A DNA stretch of 64,000 nucleotides. Source: Deltaproteobacteria bacterium. Its GTDB lineage: Bacteria > Desulfobacterota > Binatia > UBA12015. The position numbers and the translations under genes are program-made. The notes below the pieces were generated by a model. It made no database searches, was not told the origin of the DNA, and saw only the letters and a list, made by a program, of their open reading frames with translations. Each line of letters starts with the position of its first letter. Position 1 is the stretch's first letter. Below are positions 48,311-58,563 of this stretch, piece after piece. The DNA is taken from the NCBI GenBank assembly GCA_046583355.1, contig JAYGCM010000057.1, positions 32,006-96,005 of the forward strand. The letters run 5' to 3'.

Positions 48311-51300
48311 GGCCCTCCTCCCAGCCATAGGCGTTGAAGAGCCGCTGGCCGAGCAGCGGCCAATCATAATTGGCGGCAACAAAGCGCCGCGCCGCCTCGA
48401 CCTGCGCCCGCCGCCGGACCGGGTCGCGCAATAACCCGACGACCGCGTCCGCAAAGGCCTGCGCATCGTCGGCCAGCGCCACCGCCGAGGCGTCAGCGCC
48501 GAGGCCCTCGGCACCGATCGTCGTCGAGACGACAGCCGTACCGCTCGCCATGGCCTCGAGAATTTTCAACCGCGTGCCGGAGCCGCGCAATACCGGAGCG
48601 ACAAAGACCGGCGCGGCGCGATATTCCGGCCCCGTCTCTGGCACCCGCCCGCTCACCTCCACATGCGGATCGGCCGCAGCCAGATCGAGGATCGGTGCCG
48701 GTGGATACGCGCCGACAATCCGGAATTTCGCCTCCGGAATCTCTTCGCGCACCCGCGGCAGAACCTCCTGGGCGAAATACAGCGCTGCTTCGACATTCGG
48801 CTCATGGCGGTAGAAGCCGACGAAGAGAATGCAGGGCTCGGGTGTCTCCGCGGGCGCAAAGAAAAATGACTCGCAATCGACCCCATTGGGCACGACATGG
48901 AGCCGGCTGCGGTCGACATAGTTCGCCAATACATCACGGTCGATATCGCTCATCAGGATTGTGCGATCAGCGGCTTCGACGGCATGGATCTCGTGGCGAA
49001 AAGTCCGCAGCCCGTCCATCCAGAGGCCGAGCCAACGCAGCCAGGAGCCCGGCAGGCCGCGCGCGCGCGCCAGCGCCACAAAGCTCACATCATGTTCGAC
49101 CAGCACGCGCCGCACACCGTCGGTCGCCGGCGGCAGAAAATGCGCCATATGGGTGTACTCGACCTGCACGATATCGAAGGAGCGGCGCTCCATCCATTCA
49201 AAAATCTCGTCAGTGAGGCGCGGCGAGTGGAAACCACGCAACTTGCCCGGAGCGAGCCAGCCGCCACCGCGGCTATCCGGATCGCGCCGGATCAGCACGA
49301 CGTCGCGGCAGAGGAGGCCGAGCTCGCGCAGGCTCTCGGCGTCGGTCTCGGCATCCGTATCGGCCAGTGAGAGGAGCGTGATATCGGCCCGTTTTACCGT
49401 CTCCCGCAGAAGGTTCGAGATCCGCACGGCGCCACCATGCAGCGCCGGCACCGGACTCCAGGGCGAAATCACCAGAACCTGCGGACGCTCGGGCAGAGCG
49501 GGCTTGGGATGGAAGCGGCCCCGGTAGGCCGCGCGCGAACGCGAGAGCCGGAAGATATCGGCATCGGTCAGCGCGCGCTCGACATTGCGTTCGCGTCGGC
49601 GCGCGGCGAGCACCGCCGGCAGCTGGCGAAAAAGTCCGCGCAGAGTCGCAAACCCAGCAGCTGGGCCGATCTCGCCCAACACTCGCGTCGGCAGAATCGC
49701 CAGTCCAGCCAGATGCGGTAGCAGCAACCGCCAGGAGGAGACGTTTTTCCACACCAGCGCTGCCAGGTTCGTGACGAAAAAAGAGTGGATCGTCGCCTCG
49801 CTCCAGCGCCGCAGAGTCGTCCCACGATGTTTATGATGGACACGCGAGCGCGGCGCGAGCACGGAGGGCCAGCCGCGGCGCCAGGCGCGGTAGCCGAGGT
49901 CCGTATCCTCGATATAAACCGGCGAGAAAACCGCCTCGTCGAAACCACCGAGCGCGAGAAAACGGGCCCGATCATAGAGCGAGGCGCCGCCGCCGGCGAA
50001 GAAGACAGGGTAGAGAAGGTCGTCTTCAAAACGATCGAGGTGGAAGAGCCGCAGCGTGCCCCACTCGAAACGCGCGTGTACCTTGCCGGTCTCCCAGCGA
50101 GGCTTGTTCCGGTCGATGAAATCGATCTGGGCGGAGACGCCAAAGAGGTCGGGCTCTTCCCCGAAGGCGTCGAGCAGAGGCTGAAGGAAATCTGGCTCGA
50201 CGACCATATCGTTATTGAGCAGCAATAAGGCCGGGTTGCGCGCCTCCTGCGCGCCTCGATTGGTCGCACCGGCAAAGCCTTCGTTGCGCTCCATGCGCAA
50301 GCAACGCAACCAGGGCATCTCGCCCTGCAGCAAGTCGAGGTAGGCGATCGTATCGTCGTTGCTCGCATTGTCGACGACAATCACCTCGTCGTCGGGGTGG
50401 CCGTGGGCGCGGATGGCCGCGGCCAGAGGCGGCAGGCTCATTTCGAGCAGATCGCGGCCATTCCAGGTCGGGATGACAATCGAGACCGGATCCGAGGGCG
50501 CGACCCCGGCATCCGGCAAGGCTGCGGAGACCGCCGCGCCGCGGCGCGGCAGAAGGTCCACCACAAGGAGTCCGAGTGCGACGATCAGCGCCAGCGGCAG
50601 GCCGGCGAGAGCCAGCATCGCCAGCAGCATTCCCTGCACCAAGGCGCGTCCCGCATGCCGACTGAGTCGGCCCGCTCGCAGGACTTCCGAATAGAGCGAA
50701 AATGGCAGGCGACGGTGGTGCACGTCCGTGGGCGCGCTTTTCTGCACGGCCTCGCCAAGCCGCGCCTCCAGCTCGTCAATGCGTCTCTCGGTGGTGAGCA
50801 ATCGCCCCGTGGCGGTCGCGAGCGCTACACGCAGGCCGTCGGCGTCCGCGATCGGATCCCCATCAAGCACCGCGAGAGTCGGCGAGTCGGTGTCGCCGGG
50901 CAAAACCGGCAAGGTCGTATTATGCAGAAAGAGGAAGTCGTCCGGATCGGCCGCCGTCTCCTCCATCACGCCCGCGACCAGATAGCGGGCGATGAACGCC
51001 GGATGGCAACCGGCGTGGTCGTCGCCTGTGGCGTAGCTTGTATGGCGCGTATGGACGCGAGGCCCGACTGCGGCGGCCGTGTCGTGCGTCACACGCAGGG
51101 AAATCTGGAAATCACGGCCGCGCGATGCGAGGATCGGGCGGAACTCGAAGCGCTGCCAGCCCTCGCGAATGACCTGCCCCAGCGGTGCCGTCACACGGGC
51201 AATCCGCTTGCCGCCGTGGCGCAACTCGAAACAAAGATTGCCGGCACCGGCGACATTCTCCGTGCGCAGCCAGATATCGATTTGGGCGAGGCCATTGAAG

Positions 51301-52634
51301 GCGGCGCAGAAGCTCTGCCGGCACGCATGCCCTTCGCCCAGGCTCGGCGAGAACGCGGCCACCTGGCTGAAGAATTCATCGGCCACCAGCGCATCTTCCT
51401 TGGCCGGCGCATCCGCACGCGAGACGCCCGCGACCCAGGCCGAACGCCCGGCATCGCACGCCGGATGAGGGTCCGCACAGAAGTCGGCCAGCGGTTCCAC
51501 GACGCGATCCCAGGCCAGTTCCTGGCGCATCGTCGCGAAGGCCTCTCGGCGAGCGGTGGTTTCGCCCTCATCGAGCAACGACGCGATGGCCGACGCAATG
51601 GCGGCGCTCTCGCCCGGAGCAACGATCCGGCCGAGCCCGGCGGCGGCCACCCGCGCTGCCAGTTCGTCGCCTTCGGTGAGGACCATCGGGCGGCCGCACC
51701 AGATGTAGTCGAGAACACGGGTACGGAAAGCGAATTCCGACTCGACACCGGGCCGATGCAGGCTCACCCCCACATCACATTCAGCAAGGTAGAGATGGCG
51801 CTGTTCGTAGGGCACCCAATCGAGAAAGAAGAAGGCTTCGCCTGCCGGGTCGAGGCGCGAGGCGAGCTCACGCGCTTCGCGTGCCACCTGCATCTCGCCG
51901 ATCTCGGCATTGGGATGCCGCGCGCCCAGGAATACAGCCTTGACCTCCGGGCGTGTCTCGCGCAATTTCGCAACCGCGTGCACCAGGGTGATCGGGTCGA
52001 CCCAATTCCACATCCCACCCGCCCAGAGAACGATCTTGTCGGCAGCCCCGATACCCGCCGTTTCGCCGCGCAACACAGCCCGGCCGGGCGCGGGAGGCTC
52101 CTGCGGCAGGCCAAAGGGCACGATTCGCAAAAGGCGGCGCAACTCAGGGTCGTCGCGATAATTCGCGCGGTTCAGGCGCCCGGCCGAGGCCAGCATGCCG
52201 AGCCAGAAGCGACGCTGGATCGCGTTGGCGGCAAGAAAACAATCGCCGTTGGCGAGATGGTGCTGCAACCAGCGCAATGCCAGCAGCGCACGCGCGCCAC
52301 CGCGGTCGAAGCGCTCGCCGAAAAAATCGAGGTTCGAGAGGATGAAAGGGTCGTAGAGGTCGACGACCAGCGGCTTATGCAGCGCCGTCATCAGCTCCAT
52401 ACCGCCGGGCAGAAAGACGGAATCCGTGGCTGCGGCCGCCGACCGCGGCACGCCACCCTCTTCCAAGGCGATCAGCTCGACACCGGAGTTCTCCGGCAAT
52501 TCACTGCCCGCGGGCGCGGCGATCGTGACCTCGATGCCACGGCGCGCCACGGCGCGGGCCAACTCGAGCGAGCGGATGGCCGAGCCGGCCATCGAAGGAC
52601 CGATACGATCCCAGCTGAGAAACAAGCTCCTCAT
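48303..52634 (-). CDS. 1443-aa three-domain glycosyltransferase (GT4-like / GT2 / GT4)
   Basis: The N-terminal part is a GT1-fold domain. The central domain is VSIVIPTWNGRDLLE...VVDNASNDDT...LLNNDMVV (GT2 DxD). The C-terminal part is GT4 (VPNGVD, ...LEAMASGTAVVST). Confidence 0.85.
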   Translation of the reverse strand: MRSLFLSWDRIGPSMAGSAIRSLELARAVARRGIEVTIAAPAGSELPENSGVELIALEEGGVPRSAAAATDSVFLPGGMELMTALHKPLVVDLYDPFILSNLDFFGERFDRGGARALLALRWLQHHLANGDCFLAANAIQRRFWLGMLASAGRLNRANYRDDPELRRLLRIVPFGLPQEPPAPGRAVLRGETAGIGAADKIVLWAGGMWNWVDPITLVHAVAKLRETRPEVKAVFLGARHPNAEIGEMQVAREARELASRLDPAGEAFFFLDWVPYEQRHLYLAECDVGVSLHRPGVESEFAFRTRVLDYIWCGRPMVLTEGDELAARVAAAGLGRIVAPGESAAIASAIASLLDEGETTARREAFATMRQELAWDRVVEPLADFCADPHPACDAGRSAWVAGVSRADAPAKEDALVADEFFSQVAAFSPSLGEGHACRQSFCAAFNGLAQIDIWLRTENVAGAGNLCFELRHGGKRIARVTAPLGQVIREGWQRFEFRPILASRGRDFQISLRVTHDTAAAVGPRVHTRHTSYATGDDHAGCHPAFIARYLVAGVMEETAADPDDFLFLHNTTLPVLPGDTDSPTLAVLDGDPIADADGLRVALATATGRLLTTERRIDELEARLGEAVQKSAPTDVHHRRLPFSLYSEVLRAGRLSRHAGRALVQGMLLAMLALAGLPLALIVALGLLVVDLLPRRGAAVSAALPDAGVAPSDPVSIVIPTWNGRDLLEMSLPPLAAAIRAHGHPDDEVIVVDNASNDDTIAYLDLLQGEMPWLRCLRMERNEGFAGATNRGAQEARNPALLLLNNDMVVEPDFLQPLLDAFGEEPDLFGVSAQIDFIDRNKPRWETGKVHARFEWGTLRLFHLDRFEDDLLYPVFFAGGGASLYDRARFLALGGFDEAVFSPVYIEDTDLGYRAWRRGWPSVLAPRSRVHHKHRGTTLRRWSEATIHSFFVTNLAALVWKNVSSWRLLLPHLAGLAILPTRVLGEIGPAAGFATLRGLFRQLPAVLAARRRERNVERALTDADIFRLSRSRAAYRGRFHPKPALPERPQVLVISPWSPVPALHGGAVRISNLLRETVKRADITLLSLADTDAETDAESLRELGLLCRDVVLIRRDPDSRGGGWLAPGKLRGFHSPRLTDEIFEWMERRSFDIVQVEYTHMAHFLPPATDGVRRVLVEHDVSFVALARARGLPGSWLRWLGLWMDGLRTFRHEIHAVEAADRTILMSDIDRDVLANYVDRSRLHVVPNGVDCESFFFAPAETPEPCILFVGFYRHEPNVEAALYFAQEVLPRVREEIPEAKFRIVGAYPPAPILDLAAADPHVEVSGRVPETGPEYRAAPVFVAPVLRGSGTRLKILEAMASGTAVVSTTIGAEGLGADASAVALADDAQAFADAVVGLLRDPVRRRAQVEAARRFVAANYDWPLLGQRLFNAYGWEEGHE

Positions 52635-55429
52635 CGCGGCGACTCGGCAAAGGTTCGCAAAGAGAGCATCTCGCCTTCACAACTCTGCTGGCCGATCTTC
52701 AGTCCGCCGCGTCTATCCGGCGCGCGCCAGAGCAAGACCTCGTTGCCGGGCGCGGCGCCGCGGCTGCGCACGCAGATGGTCAACTCCTCGGGCGCCGTGC
52801 CGTCTGCCGACGCGGCAAGCTCGACACCGACAAAGGCGCGGTCGACCAACTCCTCGGCGCGAATCTCGCGCCCGCCGCGCAATTGCCCGGTGCGGTCGCG
52901 GACCTCGACCTCGATGATATGCTGGTTGCGGCGCGCGTAGGTGCCGAAACGTAAATCCACCCGGCGCAACTCGTTGCCGCGACAGAGAATCTCTTGGCGA
53001 AAAGGCGCGTCGTCGCGCAATGGCTCGCCGCTTTGCGCACGCAATTGGCAGGCGTCATAGAAAAGATCGGCCGGCTCCAGAGCCACATCGGCCGCAGCGC
53101 CAGCCTCCATCGCAATCGCTTCAGGCACGACGGCCTCCGAGGCGGGTACGCGGATAAGAATCTCCTCGAGAACATCGCCCCATAGCGGCGCTACAGCAAG
53201 CGTATCGTAGCTGCGGCGCACCATCGCGCCGGCGGCCGCGCCAAGCGCACGACAGCGCTCCTGATCTCCGCCCAAATGCACCAGAGCTTCCTCCCATGCC
53301 ACGCTGCCATCCGCCAGCCGCGCCAGACGTCCGTCGTCGCTAGCGGCGACAAGGGCGGGAAAGGGACTGCCAAGAGTCGGTACGCCAACCAAGGATGCCT
53401 CGAGAAATTTCACCGCGCTTTTGGCGCAGTTGAAATGGTTCTCCGTGACCAGAGGGGCCAGGTTCAGATCCACGCCGGCCAGCAGCGCCGGCAGGTCACT
53501 CCAGCCGACCAACTCGTGGCGTAGGATGCGCTCGGCAAAGCCCACCAACTCCGCCGGCAGGGCGACCGGGCCGCCCAGCACCAGTGTAAGTTCCGGAATC
53601 GCTGCCAGCGTACCCGCCAATGCCTTGGCTATCCGCTGGAGGTCGGCGTCATGCGTAGCGGTCCCCGTGAAGAACCCCAGCACTGGTGCGCTACGCGGCA
53701 ATGCGACGACCTGATCGGCGCAAGCCAGCTGCGCCTTGCCCACCACATTGGCAATGGTGAAGGCCGGCAGGCCGAGCGATTCGGCCGCATCTGCCAGCTC
53801 CGGCGTCGAGCCGATGAAGGCATCGCAGAGCGCTGCGCAGCGCGCATAGGCTCGATTGATGGCAGAGAACCCGCGCGCCATGACCGGATCGCCAGCAGCC
53901 AGCGCCGGTGCGTCACTCCCCAAATCCGGATGGAAAATCAGATCATCCACAGCAAAGACGACACGCAGGCCGCGACGGCGCGCCGCCGCCACCGCTTGCG
54001 CCACGCTCTGGCTGAAGGGCGTGCGAAAGAGAATCAGCAGGTCGGCCTGCTCGACTTCGGCCACCGCCCGCGGGTCGGCATGAAAAAGAACACGGCTATG
54101 GACGCCGAGCGCGGCCAGCGATTCCGCAGCGTGATGGACGCGGTAGCGCAGCGGCGCCAGGTCGCAGCCACAAAGAAAGAGTACCCGCGTTCCGTGCAGA
54201 ACCGGCCGCGCACGCGGCAGGCGTCGCCGAACCGCCGTGCGAACCACATCACGATAGATCTCCAATGTCTCGGCGCTCTGCTCCGCGAGCGAGCGGAACT
54301 CCCGCGCGCTTGCTCGCGCGGCTGTCGCAAACGAGGCCAGCTGGCCGCGGTCCGATGCCAAGCCCCGCAGCACCGCGGCTAGCGCGGCGGCGTCGCCCGC
54401 CTCTACAATCCGCCCGTTACGGCCATCCTCGATGACCTCCTGCGGGCCACCGCAATCGGTGGCGACAACCGCGACGCCATGCGCCATCGCCTCACGCGTG
54501 ACCAGCGAGAAAGACTCTCGCATGCGCGAGGGAACGACCAGGACATCGGCCGCGGCAAGCCGCGCACCGAGTTCCGCGCCACCAAAAGCAGGTGCCCGAT
54601 GAAGGTCGCGCCGCGCCGGCACGGATTCGTCCAGCGTCGCATGCAATATAAAATCACAAATGCCTTCGGGAATCGTCTCGACCGCCGCCAGCAAATCGCC
54701 GAGTCCCTTCGCACGATTTCCCGCACCGCCGAAGAACGCAACTCGCAGGGGCTGCTCGGGCGACAAAACGCCCGGGCGCTCGGCTATGAATTCGGGAAAA
54801 TCGATGCCATTGGGCGAGACAAGGATTCCATCGACCGGCCAGCCGCTGCGTTGCAGGTCGTCGCGAAGGAAGGCCGAGGGAACGAGCACTCGGTCGGCGA
54901 GAGACCATGCGGCGCGCAGCACCTCCTGGCGGCGTGCGAAATCAACCTCCGGGCAGGCCGCACATCCGGTGGCCGGAAGCGGCGACGGGCAGATCGCCAA
55001 GCTCGGTGTGAGACGAAAGAGGCACGGACAAAGCCACCACCAATCGTGCAGCGTGAGCACGACAGGAACCTTGCGCTCGGCAGCCGCTTCGAGCGGCCCC
55101 ACGCCGAGCCCCTGCAAGCCGTGCAAATGCAAAACGTCCGGGCGAAACGCATCGAGAAAGGCGGCGCAACCGGCACGCGCCGCCTCATTGCGGTAGCCTT
55201 CGGCCGAGAAAGGAGCGAGAGCGCCGCCGACATTCACCCGCCACAACGGCCCGCCGTCGACCTCCTCTTTGGCGATCTCCCCAAGCGGCACCTCCGCGCT
55301 GGCACGGCCGGCGAAGATCGAAACCGAATGCCCCGCGCGCCTTGCGGAGGCCGCAAGCCGGCGGCATACCTGGATAGCGCCGCCATAGAAATCGGGCGCG
55401 TAGAGCGGAGCTGCCATCGCAATATGCAT
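52631..55429 (-). CDS. 932-aa two-domain glycosyltransferase (tandem GT4/GT1-fold)
   Basis: N-terminal GT4 domain (LTLHDWWWLCP, SPNGID, ...TREAMAHGVAVVATD) and a second GT1-like Rossmann half. ATGA overlap with the downstream 1443-aa gene. Confidence 0.8.
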   Translation of the reverse strand: MHIAMAAPLYAPDFYGGAIQVCRRLAASARRAGHSVSIFAGRASAEVPLGEIAKEEVDGGPLWRVNVGGALAPFSAEGYRNEAARAGCAAFLDAFRPDVLHLHGLQGLGVGPLEAAAERKVPVVLTLHDWWWLCPCLFRLTPSLAICPSPLPATGCAACPEVDFARRQEVLRAAWSLADRVLVPSAFLRDDLQRSGWPVDGILVSPNGIDFPEFIAERPGVLSPEQPLRVAFFGGAGNRAKGLGDLLAAVETIPEGICDFILHATLDESVPARRDLHRAPAFGGAELGARLAAADVLVVPSRMRESFSLVTREAMAHGVAVVATDCGGPQEVIEDGRNGRIVEAGDAAALAAVLRGLASDRGQLASFATAARASAREFRSLAEQSAETLEIYRDVVRTAVRRRLPRARPVLHGTRVLFLCGCDLAPLRYRVHHAAESLAALGVHSRVLFHADPRAVAEVEQADLLILFRTPFSQSVAQAVAAARRRGLRVVFAVDDLIFHPDLGSDAPALAAGDPVMARGFSAINRAYARCAALCDAFIGSTPELADAAESLGLPAFTIANVVGKAQLACADQVVALPRSAPVLGFFTGTATHDADLQRIAKALAGTLAAIPELTLVLGGPVALPAELVGFAERILRHELVGWSDLPALLAGVDLNLAPLVTENHFNCAKSAVKFLEASLVGVPTLGSPFPALVAASDDGRLARLADGSVAWEEALVHLGGDQERCRALGAAAGAMVRRSYDTLAVAPLWGDVLEEILIRVPASEAVVPEAIAMEAGAAADVALEPADLFYDACQLRAQSGEPLRDDAPFRQEILCRGNELRRVDLRFGTYARRNQHIIEVEVRDRTGQLRGGREIRAEELVDRAFVGVELAASADGTAPEELTICVRSRGAAPGNEVLLWRAPDRRGGLKIGQQSCEGEMLSLRTFAESPR

Positions 55430-55538
55430 GAGAGGAGAAATGAGTCTTACGATTCGAATCTTGCCGACTCAACCTGGGCGGCGCCTCTGCGAGTGGCATA
55501 GCGTGGGCGCGGCCCATCCCATAGGATTCCGCACTGAG

Positions 55539-56123
55539 ATGAGCGGAATCTATTCCGGAAGTGGCCGACTCGGCCGCTGGCAACGGCTAGGATCCGAAAC
55601 CATCGCCAAAACGCGCGTCTTCGACGTGCACAAAGAGACCAAACGCTCACCGCGAACCGGCCAGAACCACGATTTCTTCGTGATTGAGGCCTCCGATTGG
55701 GTGAATATCGTGCCCCTCACGGCCTCGGGCGAGGTCGTGCTGATCCGCCAATACCGTCATGGCATAGCGGACTTCACCCTGGAGATTCCCGGCGGCATGA
55801 TCGACCCCGAGGATGCCTCGCCCGCCGCCGCCGCGCGACGCGAGATGCAGGAAGAGACTGGCTACGACTCCGAGGACATTCGCCCGCTTGGTTGGGTCCA
55901 TCCCAACCCCGCGATCCAGGGCAACCGCACTTTCATGTTCGCCGCCTATGGGGCCGAGCGCCGGATGGAGACCCATTTCGATACGACCGAGGAAATCGAG
56001 GTTATATGCGCCCCGCTCGGCAAAATTCCGCAGCTGATCCTGGAGGAGAAAATCTCGCATGCGCTGGTCATCAGCGCATTTCATCGCCTCGGTCTGCCGC
56101 CACAGCAAAGTGGCGGTTCATGA
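55539..56123 (+). CDS. NUDIX hydrolase (ADP-ribose pyrophosphatase-like)
   Basis: Nudix box IPGGMIDPEDASPAAAARREMQEETG. The start is uncertain (55440 or 55539). The stop overlaps the next start (ATGA). Confidence 0.8.
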   Translation: MSGIYSGSGRLGRWQRLGSETIAKTRVFDVHKETKRSPRTGQNHDFFVIEASDWVNIVPLTASGEVVLIRQYRHGIADFTLEIPGGMIDPEDASPAAAARREMQEETGYDSEDIRPLGWVHPNPAIQGNRTFMFAAYGAERRMETHFDTTEEIEVICAPLGKIPQLILEEKISHALVISAFHRLGLPPQQSGGS

Positions 56124-57730
56124 CCACGACGCATCCGTATGCCGATGCCGTCCTCGACTCGCTGACCGAAGCGGTCGCCGTGCTTGACGGAAAAGGATGC
56201 ATCCTTTCCACCAACGAAGCATGGCGCCGACTCGACGCGCTGGCCGGCCCGCAGGCCGCCGGAAGCGGAGACCTCGGCGACGATTATCTGGCGAGTTGGA
56301 GGAGCCACACGGACAACCTCCGCCAGGCCGAACTCGTCGTCAAGATACTGGAACAAGTGCTCGGCGGCGGCGCCTCGCATATGCATATCGAGTACCGCTG
56401 CCCTACCCCGCACGGGATCCGACATCTGCAAGTGCGCGTGTCTCCGCTCGATGCCGCCCCCGCTCGTGCCGTCGTGTCACGCGTCGACATTACCGAACAC
56501 CGACACACCGAAATTCGTGCACAGGCTCTGCTTGCCCTAGATGAAGCCGCTACCAGTGCCGAGACCCCGGAGGATATTTTCGCCATCGCGCTCCATGAAC
56601 TGCACTCCGCAGCCGAGGTCGATCTCGCCGTCGCCTTTTTCTGGAACGACACCGAGAGCGCCTACCTCGCGGAGACGATCGTCGGCGGAAGCGAAGAACA
56701 GCGGCGCCTGATCCATGCGACTCGTTTCAACAAGGGCCAGCCCTTCGATTCGATTGTGCAAAAGGGCAAGACGCTGGTGCTCCACGAGATGAAGGAACAG
56801 GGGTGGCTGCCACCCGCATTCTATCAGAAACTCAGCATCCAGCAGATGATCGTCACACCGATTGAGGCAGAAGGGCACCATGTCGGCAGCCTCGTTGTCG
56901 CTCATACCCGAAAAGAGGCGCCCTTTGACGCCTATCAGCTCGATCTCTGCCGCGCTGTCGCGCAGCGGGTCGCTTTCGCTGTCGAAAATTTGCGCCTGAT
57001 CCGCAAGCTCGAACAGGCCAATCGACTGAAGAGCGAGTTCGTCGCCACCATGTCGCACGAGTTGCGCACGCCGCTGCATGTGATGCTCGGCTACTCGGGC
57101 CTGCTGCTCGATGAGGCCTTCGGCGGCTTGACCGACGGGCAGCGCGATGGTCTGGAGCGCATCGAGCGTAACGGCTCCGCATTGCTTGAACTCATCAACG
57201 AGACACTCAGCCTCAGCCGCCTCGAGGCCGGCGAGTTACCCGTCAATATCGAAACGGTCGATCTGAAAGCGCTCTTCGAACAGGTCGCCAGCGAGGGGGC
57301 GGTGCCGATCGACACCCATGGCGTGACCTACCAAACCGAAATCGCAGAGAACCTCACGGCGGTCGAATCCGACCGGGGTAAATTGCAGATCGTCGTGCGC
57401 AACCTCCTCTCCAATGCCTTCAAGTTCACCAGTTCGGGGAGCGTAATGCTGCGCGCGTGCAACGTACCCGAAGGAGTCGAATTCTCCGTCACCGATACCG
57501 GCTCCGGGATCGAACCCGATATACAAAAGTTTGTCTTCGAGCCCTTCCGCCAAGGCGCCGATCCGCTGACGCGATTGGTCGGCGGCGTTGGCCTCGGCCT
57601 GCATTTAGTCAGGCGCTATCTTGAAATGCTTGGCGGAAGCGTGGCTCTCCAAAGCGTGCCCGATGTCGGCACCACCTTCACCGTTCGGCTGCCGACGTCC
57701 GGCCCGACACTTTCTTCTACGGAGCGTTAG
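56120..57730 (+). CDS. sensor histidine kinase (PAS - GAF - HisKA - HATPase_c), cytoplasmic
   Basis: H-box ATMSHELRTPLH, N-box LLSNAFKFT, and the DxGxG/GxGxG motifs VTDTGSGI...GGVGLGL. There is no TM segment. Confidence 0.85.
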   Translation: MTTTHPYADAVLDSLTEAVAVLDGKGCILSTNEAWRRLDALAGPQAAGSGDLGDDYLASWRSHTDNLRQAELVVKILEQVLGGGASHMHIEYRCPTPHGIRHLQVRVSPLDAAPARAVVSRVDITEHRHTEIRAQALLALDEAATSAETPEDIFAIALHELHSAAEVDLAVAFFWNDTESAYLAETIVGGSEEQRRLIHATRFNKGQPFDSIVQKGKTLVLHEMKEQGWLPPAFYQKLSIQQMIVTPIEAEGHHVGSLVVAHTRKEAPFDAYQLDLCRAVAQRVAFAVENLRLIRKLEQANRLKSEFVATMSHELRTPLHVMLGYSGLLLDEAFGGLTDGQRDGLERIERNGSALLELINETLSLSRLEAGELPVNIETVDLKALFEQVASEGAVPIDTHGVTYQTEIAENLTAVESDRGKLQIVVRNLLSNAFKFTSSGSVMLRACNVPEGVEFSVTDTGSGIEPDIQKFVFEPFRQGADPLTRLVGGVGLGLHLVRRYLEMLGGSVALQSVPDVGTTFTVRLPTSGPTLSSTER

Positions 57731-57733
57731 CCC

Positions 57734-58534
57734 ATGCCTCGCCGCCTCCTTTCGTTTCGCGACAAACGGGTTCTGATCACCGGGGCCTCGAGCGGGATTG
57801 GCCGTGCCTTGGCGCTCGATCTGGCCGGTCGCGGCGCTCGGCTGGGGCTGATCGCACGGCGGCGCGAAGAATTGGAAGTGCTTGCAACCGAGATCCGCGA
57901 TAGCGGCGGCGAGGCGTGTGTGGCCGTCGCCGATATCGCCGAACGTGCCGAGACTTTCGCCGCCTGCGCCGCGCTCAGTGAAGCTCTCGGCGGTATCGAC
58001 CTTCTGATCAACAATGCCGGCTACGGCCATCATCGACGCTTCCTCGACTGGGAGGTCGAAGATATCCAGCGCATGATGCAGGTCAATTATATGGGTGCCG
58101 TCCATGCCACCAAGGCCGTGCTGCCCGGCATGGTCGAGCGCGGCGAGGGCTTTCTCGTCTTCATTGCCTCGGTGGCTGGCAAGATCGCGCCACCAGACGA
58201 ATCGGCTTACGCGGCAAGCAAATTCGCCATGGTCGGCCTTGCGGAGTCCCTCTCGCTGGAAGTGGAGGAGCACGGCATCCACGTTCTTACGGTTTGCCCT
58301 GGTGCGATCCGTACCCCTTTCTTCGATGCGGAAGCGCTCACGCGCATGCCCGCGGTGGCGAAGAATACGATGGTGCCCGTGCAGGGACTCGTCGATGCCA
58401 TCGTGCGGGGCCTGCAGCGCGGCGCGCATGAGATCACCCACCCCCGCTTCATTCGCGCTGGCTACGTAGTCCGCGCCTTGGCCCCGAGCTTCATGCGCAC
58501 GCAGGTGCGGCGCACCACCAAGCGCCCCGACTGA
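57734..58534 (+). CDS. short-chain dehydrogenase/reductase (classical SDR)
   Basis: TGASSGIGRA, NNAG and YAASK catalytic motifs. Confidence 0.9.
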   Translation: MPRRLLSFRDKRVLITGASSGIGRALALDLAGRGARLGLIARRREELEVLATEIRDSGGEACVAVADIAERAETFAACAALSEALGGIDLLINNAGYGHHRRFLDWEVEDIQRMMQVNYMGAVHATKAVLPGMVERGEGFLVFIASVAGKIAPPDESAYAASKFAMVGLAESLSLEVEEHGIHVLTVCPGAIRTPFFDAEALTRMPAVAKNTMVPVQGLVDAIVRGLQRGAHEITHPRFIRAGYVVRALAPSFMRTQVRRTTKRPD

Positions 58535-58563
58535 GCGCTCGACCTGTTTTTTCTGCCGGAAGT

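Noticed and set aside
55697-56119. Upstream 141 codons of the 677-aa ORF containing the histidine kinase
   Set aside because: It overlaps the NUDIX gene in another frame. The ATG at 56120 overlapping the NUDIX stop (ATGA) gives the canonical PAS-domain N-terminus.
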